From NCBI GenBank assembly GCA_028534125.1, contig CM052818.1:10666001-10730000 (forward strand): a stretch of 64,000 nt of DNA, read 5' to 3'. This document shows positions 51,488-63,000 of this stretch, one piece after another. The notes under the pieces are model-generated. The model was given only the letters and a program-made list of their open reading frames with translations, did not search any database and had not been told where the DNA came from. How positions within the stretch are numbered: position 1 is the stretch's first letter; every line of letters starts with the position of its first letter. The position numbers and the translations under genes were made by a program. The DNA is from Lama glama (Eukaryota).

Positions 51488-52010
51488 TGTTACCGACCCT
51501 CCAAAGTCATCCCCGACAAGGGTCCTTCTGCCAGAAGGCATTGGAGCCAATAGAAGGAGAGTGAGTTGGGTTCAGAAACGAAGGAAAAGAAAGCTTTATT
51601 GTTTGATCACAGAACGGAGACGTGCTAGCTCACGCTGTAGAGCACACGCCGGCCGTTGGAGGGGCTGCTTTACAGTGTTCGGGCAGCGGGGCGGGGCAGC
51701 GGGGCGGGGCTGGCGCAGCTGCGCAGTTCCCGGCTCCAGAGCGCAGCGCCTCTGCACACGTCCCGCCGCCGCCGCCGCCGCCATCTTGAGTGGCGCTCGC
51801 GCTCCTGCCCAAGCCTGGCTGAGGTGAGGGGACAGACGCAGCTGTGTCGCACTAGGAACTCTGGTCTGAAGTGCCAGGCGCGAGGCCTCTACGCGCAATG
51901 AGCAGGTGACACTAGCCGAAGCACAAAGGGGAAAAAAAAAAGGTTAGACTTTTATTACCCGGATTCCATTTTTATTTCCCGGGAATTGTTAATGGGCTTT
52001 GCTGGTGACG
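51488..52010 (-). mobile_element. CpG-rich ERV solo LTR (probably ERV1-class) nested in MER21
   Basis: Plus-strand termini TGTTACC...GGTGACG form an imperfect inverted repeat. Minus-strand order is GC boxes, TATA-like TGTAAAG, AATAAA (51595-51600), then a U5-like tail ending GGTAACA. MER21 is contiguous on both sides. Confidence 0.75.
51600..51900. promoter_or_regulatory. Small CpG island with Sp/KLF GC boxes, a YY1 motif and (CCG)6
   Basis: About 32 CpG in 300 bp by hand count. GGGGCGGGG twice at ~51688-51709, GCCGCCATCTTG at 51777-51788, (CCG)6 at 51763-51780. Confidence 0.65.
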
Positions 52011-53302
52011 CGATCACTCAGGAAGGGGGTTTAGGAGCTTTGTGCCAGGAACGGGGGACAAACACCAGATACATTTCTTATTATCCAAGACCAAATATTA
52101 TTTCTTACACGCCAGTTGCTGTGTACCTGCGGGCTCCGTCAGCAACCTGGAGAACATTAGCAAATTCGTGAATCAGCTTACACTGCTGTTGTGAAAGAGA
52201 ACCATTTGTTAGCTTATGTAAAACCTGGATTAATTGCAACTGTCTGAAAATACTGACTAAGGAGGCCGTTAGTGTACATTTAACGAAGGTTAGAATCTCA
52301 GACTCGTGAAATTCAGGCCCCTTTTTTGTTCATCAGTGCGTAGTTGGGGCGGTAATAAAAGCAGGTGCTTTGGTGTAACTGAATACCAAATGAATACAGG
52401 ACAAATTAGAGTTTCAAACAAATGATTTTGCAAAGTTTTTCCCCCCTGTGTTCTCTCTGAACAATTGGGGGGTGTGGTAGTGTGGACAAGCAAGACTAGA
52501 AAATGCAGCTAAAGGTGACTTTCCTGTGAAGTAGTTCTTTCAGTTTTTCCTTCCTTTTGTGTGACTTTGGAAGAAACAGTCCTAGAAAACCTTATAAGAA
52601 CAGTTTGGGGAAGATTTAAAAATCTTTACTTTCTGTGGGTTAACATCTCCGGGAATAGAGATTGGTGGCATGTTGTGGCGTATTTAATACTGATCCTAAC
52701 TTTCCTAGAAAGTTTGGGTTTGTGTTTGGTTCCCTGTGCATCTTTTCAGCTCCTGAATGTTTTACTGTCCAAAATCATTTACTTTGGTTAAAAATCATAT
52801 ATGTCATGTCAGTTATTAACTTAGAACACATGCCTTGATTAAAGTGTTTACTGATACTAGCACATGCAGAAGAATCTCTATTGAAGAAACAATACTCTCT
52901 CTTCTTGGAAGATCTGAATGAACTAATCAGGGCCCTGAGTGTCTTGAGCTGTGCTGAATAATTTTCCTAGGCTGTGTTTTCAGGGACCCTCCCACAAAAG
53001 GGACTTCTTTTCCCTTCTATAGCTTTCTTATAGCCAAGTGGAATCTGTCACATAATTGTTTCCATAAGGAGAGGGCTCATTCTATGTCTGAATCCTTTAT
53101 GCCCTCATGTTCCTGAGCTCGCCTTTCCTGAGAGCAGCGTGCAGAAAGTCGGTAGAATGGGCCACTGCCCTGCACCCCCTACAAAAGACAGAGGAGAACA
53201 GAGTCCCAATGTGCAGTGAGCAGATCAAAAAAGAGGCAAATGGAATAGTTATATTTAGATATATTAGATAGACTGGGCTACTTATTAACACCATTCAGCT
53301 TT

Positions 53303-53419
53303 TTTTTTTTTAACTTTTTTTTGTTGAGTTACAATCATTTTACAATTAGGCAATGGAATACTATTCAGCCATAAAAATGACAACATAATGCCATTTGCAG
53401 CAACATGGATGTTCCTGGA
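53303..53419 (-). mobile_element. Short young LINE-1 insertion with 5' inversion and 16-bp TSD
   Basis: TSD aacaccattcagcttt at 53287-53302 and 53420-53435. A minus-strand poly(A) and 3' end are followed by a plus-strand ORF2-end piece 'caatggaatactattcagccataaaa...gccatttgcagcaacatggatg'. Confidence 0.88.
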
Positions 53420-53599
53420 AACACCATTCAGCTTTAATGAAAGCTGAACACACAGAATTTGAGAGAGAAATCCTGGTATTTAGCTCAATATTTTAGGGTA
53501 AAGCTTTTAATTGTTGTTACTGTAGTGGATAAAATTACTTAATATTTACTCTTTTCCCAGGGAGTAACGTGTGTTCATGTCCTCTTTACCCATGTTTAA

Positions 53600-53755
53600 A
53601 CCTAGATACACACATGCATATGCACACCACATATATATACACATACACACTTGTGCATATGTGAAGATATGTATACGTATGTGTATATACAGAACAATAT
53701 ATATGTACACATGTATGTATATTATGTATACATATATGCATTTTATATGTATATG
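53600..53755 (+). repeat. (TA/CA/TG)n alternating purine-pyrimidine low-complexity tract
   Basis: 'acacacatgcatatgcacaccacatatatatacacatacacac...gtatatacagaa...tatatgtacacatgtatg'. Confidence 0.85.
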
Positions 53756-54849
53756 ACAGAATTCCCAGAACTTCCAACAGAGCCCACAGAATGCTTCTAA
53801 TTTGTAGTGTCTTTTATGCCTATAGTGTGATGTAATACATTCTTTCTTAAAATATTACCTTTTCATATTGCAAGTAATACATGTTCATTATAGAATATTT
53901 GCGAGGTATAAGCAACTACAAAGACAAAATTAAAAATCACATGATACCACTGTGTAAAGAAAAACATTATTACTCCGTTTTTCTTTTTTAGTTGGCTACT
54001 TTTTAATTTTCATTGTCCTCAACTTATCCTCTAAGGTGAAAGTGGTATATCATTTTGTGAAACAAACAGATTCGTGGCATAATTGGTTTATTTGTTTTGG
54101 TATTTATTTTGTTTGGTATTTGGTATTTTTTGTTGTTGTCAACAAATGCGCTTCTCTGAAATACATGCCTATTCTCTGTCCATCATCCATCTACCATCCA
54201 TGTATCTTCCCATTGGTACTTACAGATCTTCAAGGATTTTCTTCAGTTTCCGTTAGGATATTGTTCCGATAGGTCTTGTCTCACCAGTCTCTTGCAATAT
54301 CCTGGGTCTTCTCAAACTCCCCTTTGATAATTACTAAAATGCTACTGGTATATGTTTCCTTGGTGTCCTTTTTTCCTGTAATTTCCTCGCACTTCCAGTC
54401 AGTCCTTTAGCAACTCATCTGAATGGCTTGGATTATGATGCTGCTGTTCAACTCTTTTAACCTGTTACTCTTGAGTTTTTCCGTTCTGGGCACTGTCTGT
54501 AGTTTGTCCCTCCCATGCCTTCATGTCAGTTCACTTCCATCCAGATCTTTTCATCTTTATACTCATCCTTAATCTCCCTTTTATAATCACTTTCTCCCAC
54601 CTGACCTGGGCACACCAGTCAATCATTTCAACTACATTGTGTCTCACACCTTGTTTATTGTTGACTTTGTCTCCTTCCAAGTCCAGGTCAACCAAAATAC
54701 TCTTCTCCCTTTTCTTGCCAGTGTTGAAGGAAGTCTTGTGAATTCATTGATTGATAAAAACTTATGATTTCCAACCTCAGCTTAACTTTTAAAGCTACTG
54801 AAAATAACTTTGTAATGGCAAGTTAACTTCTTTCCATTCCTTTCTGAGA

Positions 54850-55161
54850 CAGTTACTCCTCCATGTCCGCGAGTTCCACATCTGAGGATATAACCGATCA
54901 TGGATGGAAAATATTCAGAAAAAAAATTCCAGAAAGTTCTGAAAAGCAAAACTTGGATCTTCTGCATGTCAACAACCATTTACATAGCATTTACATTGTA
55001 TTAGGTACTATAAATAATTAGGAGCTGGTTAAAAATATATGGGTGTGCATAGATTTTAAGCAAATACTACACCGTTTCATATAAGGGACTAAATCGTTTG
55101 AGGATTTTGGTGTTCTCAGGGATCCTGGAACCAATCCCTGGAAGATACTAAGGGATGACAT
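54850..55161. mobile_element. Tigger3/MER7-like TcMar-Tigger MITE
   Basis: 'cagttactcctccatgtcc...aaaattccagaaagttc..aaagcaaaactt...tttacatagcatttacattgtattaggta...tcctggaaccaatccct..gatactaagggatgac'. Confidence 0.87.
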
Positions 55162-55239
55162 TATTTTATTACTTCCTTAACCAACCAATTCTGTTTTTAG
55201 CCCTCTTTCTTTGAGTGAGCAGCTTATACGGTCATGTAT

Positions 55240-55465
55240 GACAGTTTGGTATGGTGGAAAAATAGTGGACTCTGGGCTTTGCTAGGTTAGAATTCTGGCT
55301 CCAGCATTTACCATCTGTGTGACCTTGGCCAGTTGACAGTCCTTCTAATTTTCATTTCCTTATTTTGAAAACCTTACTTACTTCATAGAATTTGTCAAGA
55401 AAATTCAATGATGTGCTGTGTTCAAAGAACTCAGAACATAGTAGATTTTCAGTTGTGGCTATTAT
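55240..55465 (+). mobile_element. MIR SINE
   Basis: 'tggtatggtggaaaatagtggactctggg...ctggctccagcatttaccatctgtgtgaccttgg'. Confidence 0.78.
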
Positions 55466-58400
55466 TATTTTTATTAGGGAGCAGTGCTTCCAACTTCCAT
55501 TTCCATTTAGTTTCAAGTTTATTTATATCTTCATCTTTTCTTGCTCCTTCCCTGTTTGTTTGGAAGAAGGTATAGTAGCTCCTTTCAACTAATTCCTGAA
55601 GACTGCAGCCTGCATCCTGGACCATTTCTCTGAGTACTCTCATTCTTTCTTGTGTCCTTAATTTGGGTTTGGGTGGCCACACATCTTCCTTGTGTAAACG
55701 TCCAGCCTCCCTCAATTTTCCCATTTCAACAATACCTTTTGAAAATAAGTATTCATAAATCACAAATGTACTCTTTTCACTGTCAGTCCCCTGCTCCATG
55801 ATGTCTCCTTAAACTCTTTACTGAAGCTGCTTGTAAAGGTTCCCAGTGACTCCCAACTGGCAGTTTCAGCTGGGGCTGAGCCTCAGTGTTTAGCCCAGCT
55901 CCAATACGACATCCTTAGGATGTAGTAGAATCCCCTAGAATGAGGGAACTTTGCCATTACCGTGCTTCCATTAGACTTTATTTCTACTCATTCTATTGCA
56001 TTAACACATTCTGCTGTGGGGTTCTGTCTCACCGGATGGATGATGGATGTCATGAAGAGAGGGACTGTGCTTTATTCCTAAATACTGAACTGAAGGATAA
56101 ACACAAACACGCACACACACACACACACCCTCATTGACTCCAAAGACTGTTGATTTTAAGGAAACTTGACATAAAAAGATTGCCCTTGTGTACACCTTGA
56201 GGTTCCTAAATGCTAAGAATGGGCATCTTTTCATGTTTAGTGAGTGTTACCAAAACATTTCTGACATTGCCATTGGCCAGCCAGTCAGCAAACACTTACA
56301 GGCAGTACTAGGTACTGTACATGAGTAATGGGAATTCCGGTCTGAATAAGACCTGAGATAGACACAGTCTCTGCCTTTTGGGGCTGGCTGAAGATTCAAG
56401 GATTTGAATTCTGTATATGTGGTCCCTCCCCATATGACATATTCAACACTTGAATTTTATAGCCTCACAATTAGAACTCTTTGGAGGAGCGAATTACACT
56501 AGAAATTTCTGTAATTTTTCACTTGGGTAGAAAAATGTATTTCTCTCTAAACTCATCTGGAGCCAGGGATTGATGTAGTGAATTCAATTTAAATTTCAAT
56601 AAGTATTTTTTCACTTCCACGTATAAATGATTGCATAATATGAGAATATATATACTTATTATTTAAATACTTGTAAACTTAGTCAAGCTCCTGCATTAAG
56701 GTTTTGTGCAGATGGTATAGGTCTAGAAAGGAGTCATAATAAGCACTGGGAAAATATATCCACATTGGAAAGTTTTACTTTTTTAAGGTCCTCTGTTTCT
56801 AACAAATTTTGGAAAAAGTCTCCACTTTGAAAGGATGCGCTTTAAAAATAGTCTTTAAATATATATATATGTATAAACAGAAGTAGTCTATCATTGCTTC
56901 AAATCTCAATATGTGATTTTTCCATTCTGAGGTTTTTATTCTGAGATTTCTTTATATATGTATGAATATGTATATATGTATATTTCCTAACTCAGTAGCC
57001 TGCTATTTATTGAAGAAGAGATAACATTTGAAATATCCTTATCAAGATTATTATGCATCTTCTGAAAAACTGAGTCCCCTACTTTGAAAATATTTAAGAA
57101 AATGTAATGCATTATCAGTACAAGATGATGGTATACAGTTTGTTTTGAAACGGGTGTTGTTGTTGGAGTATAAAACATTAATCATTGCCACTAGGCTTTT
57201 TTTTAAAAAATATAATCAGAAAAGAAATATGATACTGGAAGAACTGAAGCTACCTGTTATCTTACAGTTGATAACTTTGAATGAATGTCAGTATTATCAG
57301 GTCTTTATATACTTGAACTAAACTGTGACCCTTTTACCATCTTTTTTTTTTTTTCGGTTGCTCATACTTTTATTCTGTTTTGTCCTCTTTTTGCTTTTTG
57401 GTTCCACTTTTTCAACAGCTGGGGAAGAGCAAAGTTTTATGAGTCTTTGGCCATTGAGACGTGGGGATGATGACTAAGGGAACTGTCTTTTTCACTTCTG
57501 ATTTCACAACAGCTTAAACAATGTCTGATGCCTTGTAGATGCTCAACAGATATTTGTTGTAGGACTGAGTGGAGGGGCACGATTGCATTTTAAGTCTGTG
57601 TAGTCCCTGTGGACTGAAATCACGATGCTTTCCCATTTGAAGGGCACCTTCTCCACTCTCCTACTTCTGTTCTCAAAAGAAGGTGGCCGTTCCATGATCC
57701 CATGGAGACTGAGGCTCTCAAAGATGACCCTTAGAGAAGTTACGGCTTTGATGAAATTTATTTTCAGTCTCCTTAGACCAGTTCCCTGTCCAGCTAGGCC
57801 CTCCTTCTTTCCCTGTGCTTTCTGTTTCTTCGTTTATTTATTGAGTCTTAAGAAGATTTTGTAGGCAATTTTGAACTAAACTAAAGGAGTAGCTCTGTGA
57901 TGCTTATAATTTCAGGTATTGGTCATCAGGTAGAGGAAGAAGGTGATTGTGGCCAATTTGGGATTTCCTGGAACCCCTTGAAATCAGTCGAGTTACGCCA
58001 CTGCATCCTCTACCAACAGATTAGCTAGGTCCTAGCACTGTATAGATATTGTTTGATGCTGGAAAAGGGAAATTCCATAAGGACATGGACTGGGATTTTT
58101 CTTCATTTATTATAATTTTTCAAAAAATGACTATGGCAAAGAATTTTTAAATTACTTGGACAGAAGTTCATTTTCTTTCTGACTAAAAGCCCCCACCTCC
58201 ACTACCGCACGCACAACCAGGCACACTCATGCTCACACAGGCACATACTTATATACTTTTTACAGCAACTCTGCATTCTGGCTCCCTGGTGAGCCTATTC
58301 AGATGCTTGGGCAAAGGTCCAGGTTGGAAGTGCACCCCCTACCCAAGCACCCACAGTTTATTGAATCAGGATTCTAAGACCAGGACTGTCTCTGGTGGCA

Positions 58401-61400
58401 GATGCTAGCCATCAGGTCTATAGTGTACCTAGAAAAATCTGGGAAATATCCTTTTCACGTAACTGTCTTGTAGGAAATAATTTGCCCCAGACATTTTCAT
58501 CTTTGAAAGAATGTAGATTTATAGGCTTGATTTCTTAATCAGGGTGAACTTTTGTTAATGTTTCATGGCTAGGATATATATGGTCATGCCATGGACCCAG
58601 TGGTGATATTAGTAATAAAGACAATATTATTAATATCACTACATCAATATAAAAAGAGTTATAGAGTTAACATTTGTAAGACAAAAAAAAAAAGAGAGAA
58701 AATCCCAGGTTAACAGTTGCCTTCACTGCCATTAACTCAATCGTTGGCAATATTTTATGCACTCATATAGTTTATGTACCAGGACTAGTATTTGGCAAGA
58801 ATAATCAAAGACACACAAAAAACAACCAGTTGCTTCTTTTTTTCTTTTTCTTTCTTTTCTTTTCTCTTTTTTTAACTTTTCATTTTCCCCCTTCTCCTTG
58901 TGATGAAATTTTATTATTTCTTTGAAACTCTGAATCAGCCTCCAGTGGGGGGCTGTGTCCTTTTAGAGCCAAAGTGCAGTATTTGAACTTTGCTATCACA
59001 TAACACTTTCTGAGGCTGCTTGTCTGAAATGACTTAATTTGCACTGCAGGACCAGCACTGAACCCGCAAATACTCCAAAAATCCACAGTGAGCCAGGGCA
59101 GCAGACCTATTACTAATTTTTTATTAAAATCCCTGAGGCACCCAACACAGGGCCCCAAAGCAGCTTTAATAATAGACAACATACAGCACATTTTTCTTGT
59201 ATTGCCATGTAATCAAATCTGAGGCTGCTGTTCACTTTCTTTGTTTTACCTAGAGGACCAGCTTCCAATTTAGTTGTGGCCTACACTAAACTGATTTTTC
59301 ATTGTAATTAATGCCTACTTTGGCCTCAGCCACTTACACAACTTTCCATTAGAGGTTTGCAGCCATCCACTGAGTATTTTACTAAGTTACCCTCACAGAC
59401 CTGCTACAGCTGCAGTTTTGTTAAAGTCTTTCTTTTTATTATTGTTTTTTTTTTTGCAAAGAATTTTTAAATTGCTTAGCTAAATAGTTTTTTAAAAAAT
59501 GTTTTTCCTTCTGCCTTTTCTCTGTGCTGCACCAGTAAAATATTTGGGCAAAGATCCAATTTGGGGAAACATACATACTGACAGACAGACACACACATAC
59601 ACACTGTTCAGCCCCTCTATTGCCCCCAACAACCCCAGCCTTTAAGTGGTTTCAGAAAGGCTACTGGAGCTTATTTAGATCCAGGGTCTGCTGCGGCTGA
59701 TTTTCTGTCTGCGTTTTGTGCTGTCCATTTCCTCTGAAATAGTACCTGAGGTTTAAAGTTCCTCAGCAGAGGATGTTAGGAGACCTCTGCAAACATTCAG
59801 GCGGCAGCCTTCCCACCACTAACCTTAAAAAAGATTATGGCAGTGGGCCCAGGGTCAGACTGAATAGATGAAAAAGTGTATGCCGTGCCTTTGCTGCTCC
59901 CTGAGCCTTTCTCTGTTGGCTGGGCTGACATTTTCAGTGACTTTTCCTTGAGCCTTGTTTAGATTGTCTTCCTAGAAAATTCTGGATCTGTTTACTACCC
60001 ATCTTCTCTCACCTCCTTGGCATTACTAAATCACGAAGAACGACTCTCAGAAACTAGAGCCCTCTGGCTCTTTGGATGGTCCCCTTTCAACTTGAAGATG
60101 TGGTTTTTAAGAGTACTCGAATTAGTGAGGGAATTCCTTTAAAGGCCTTGTCTAAGAATACTCTGAAAAGAAATCATGAGATGTTTGTGAAGTTTTTAAC
60201 TTTTACATTTTGAACATTAGTGGTTTACCCAATGGAACTGACAGAGGAAAACCTCCTACTTTCTGGTAATGAGCAATGAATTGTCTTGTCTTAGCTGATA
60301 CAGTTTACAAAAGTTCTGCTAGCCATTGGATACAATAATTCCCTTTTTGATCTTTAGTAGTCATTTCTCCTTGGGTAACGTTTTGCACTGTTGTATAATG
60401 CTATCAGCCTTTTAAATAGCATTTACAAAAACTCTTGGTCACATCTACACAGTGAGTTGAAATTGAAAAATGCACAGTCTTAATGAAATCCTCTATTATG
60501 TTGTGGCTAACTGTCAGCAACTGGGTAATATTTTATGAAGGAGAACACATTTGCAGGTTGGGAAGGGTGAGATCCAGATCTGCTTCCTACCTCATTGCTT
60601 GTTTATTGGACAAGTAAGGCCTGCTCGTCCCCATCAGTAGATGTGGCTTCGGCACACTTAAGGCAAGTCCTCCTCTCTTTCTCCCAGCAAGGACACTCAA
60701 GTATCAAAAGATAACAGAACCACCTATATAAAGCACTTGATAATTCATATTTTTTAACATAGAAACATGGTTCCATAGGTTATCATTTCCATAAGAAGTG
60801 AGACTTTAAGAGACTGATTTGTGTCTCTGATTTGAGGCTTAAGAAATAAGGAGGTATGCCTGTATGCATACCTCATGCATCTTGTGTTTGTATTCATACA
60901 TATAAACCAACTAAACTTATTTAAATTTAAAGTGACGCTGAAAGGGGAGTGGACTTTTAAGTCATCAGATGATACATTTGCCTTCTAAACTGGAGGGATC
61001 TTATGTAGGGTAGATAGAATGAATGTGTTGTAGGTGTTGAAGACCAAAAAGGAGTCTCAACCAAGACTGAGAACCAAATTTTTACAGGTTTATGAAAGTT
61101 TTACTTAAGAAAAATTCTTTCACAGTGTTAGTTTTATTTCTCTATTTTCCCCCAAACCCTTCCCCTTGGCATATATAACCAAAATGATCTATCTCGCCTG
61201 CTTTCTGGATGTGATAGTCCAGTCATACCTTTACTCATTCATCAGTTTCCCCTCCCTCCTGCCATCAGCACCCTGCCACCTCCTCTCCTTGCCCAAAACA
61301 CTCCGCCATCCTTTGTCTACCAGTTGGCTCTGATTTTAAAGAACTGCCTGGCAGTGAATATCAGAGACAGCCTAGTACCAGTTCTGGTGAATAAAGACAG

Positions 61401-61899
61401 CCCTTCTCTTTCCTTTAGAAACATCAGGATGATTTTTATTTCACCTCACTTTCAAGTTAAAACATGAATATTGACCCTCTGGTTTTAGAGTCCCTCAAAA
61501 AAAATTGATGATTCCTTTTAGTAGATTTTCCCAGAATCTGTGTGTGTGTGTGTGTGTACGTTTGTGTAAGATGAAGGGCAGGGTAACATTCTGTTTGCGT
61601 CATTGACAGATGTCAGGATCTAACAGAACAATTCTGCATCCTACCAAGTTTCCAACCCAAACATCCCTTACTGGCTCCTAAGTGGAATCAGGTGGACTTA
61701 GCACAGATGCATTTTTTTTTCAATGTGAATAGGATATTTTCTTGTCTTTCTGGTATGAGACAAGATGCTGAGCATTAGATGGGAGTTGGTTGGGCGGTTG
61801 TGGTTGGCCTGGCCACATGGCAGGAATGCCGGGCTGTTCAGAGTCTTTCCACAATGCTAAATACAACTACAAGGGCTCTTTTGCATTAATTGAAGTGAC

Positions 61900-62070
61900 T
61901 TGGCATCACAAAATATCTGAGTGCAAAAAGAGTGCAGAGATAATCTAACATAACACCCTCACTTTATAGATGGGGAACATGAGGCCCAGAGAAATTAATT
62001 GGCAAAGTTCCCACAAGCAGTCATTGAGTCAACCAGAATGAAACATAGCTGCTTGTAGAATGTTCTCTCC
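61900..62070 (-). mobile_element. MIR SINE
   Basis: 'acccctcactttatagatggggaacatgaggcccagaga'. Confidence 0.7.
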
Positions 62071-62649
62071 CTGGAGCTGCACAAATAATTCTGAGGCTTC
62101 CCATTAAAACCCGTGCCTATACCAGAGACAGAAATGTTGAATTTTGGGAAAGCAGTTTAAGGTACCACTTAATCTGTATCTAGATGAAAGTCCAGTATGA
62201 TTCTCCAAACAACTATACTGCTAAAGCCACCCTTTGAAATAGACTATCTATTTAAAACTTGGTGTGGTGGAGGGCATACCACCAGGAGCCAAGGGTGTCT
62301 GTCCAGTTCTGGCTCAACGGATTCATTGTCTGGCATTAATGTGCTTTGAAACACTAGAAAACTATTTAAAATGCAAATCACCAGGCTCCTACCCCTAGAC
62401 AGGGACTCTGCAGGTCTGAGATGGTACAAAGCATTGGACAATAAATGCTTTGCACTGTTATCTGTTGTCTGAGTAAGACAAATAAATTACTGCCTTCATG
62501 AAGCTTTGAGTTGTGTGTGTGTGTGTGTGTGTGTTTGAGGAGGCAGGAGAAGTAACCAGTAAACACATGATAAATAAATGTTAACTTCAGAGACTGATAA
62601 ATAAGATAAAAAGATATAATAAATGGATACACACATGGTTGTGTGGGGC

Positions 62650-63000
62650 TGTGCTTGCTAGTATGGACAGAAATTGCTTTTCAAGGGCTGGAATAGGGAG
62701 GAAGAACCTGCCGTTTGGAGAGATGATGGAAGAAACTGCCAAGTAGAGGGACCAGCTGTGCAAAGACCTGAGACAGGGGCACCCTTCATGTGATTGACAG
62801 CCATGAAGAAGGATTGGGCGGATAGGGAAAGTGGACTAGGGAAGAGGTAACCAAGAGGTCTGAGGGTGGACAAGGACATGTCCTGTGGTCTGTGGTGAGG
62901 AGTGTGAAATCTGAGTGTAGATTTCTTTCTAATTGAATGGGCAGTTATGGAGTGACTGTTAGCAGTGGGATGATACAGTCCAACTTATGCTCTAAAGAGG
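62650..63000 (-). mobile_element. LINE-2 fragment
   Basis: 'gggaccagctgtgcaaagacctgagacagg', 'tggtgaggagtgtgaaat', 'gtgggatgatacagtccaactta'. Confidence 0.65.

Larger units (their letters stand above)
50805..52110. mobile_element. MER21-family solo LTR, interrupted at 51488-52010
   Basis: 'gctaagggctcagtccc', 'ctgaccaactggctataaatcagaggttccc', 'gctcacagaactcagagaaac'. It resumes after the insert with 'cactcagga..ggtttaggagctttgtgccaggaac', colinear with the 23.5-24.3 kb copy. Confidence 0.87.

Noticed and set aside
58938..58955. CTCF-like motif gcctccagtgggggctg
   Set aside because: It mismatches CCASYAGRKGGCRS at key core positions.
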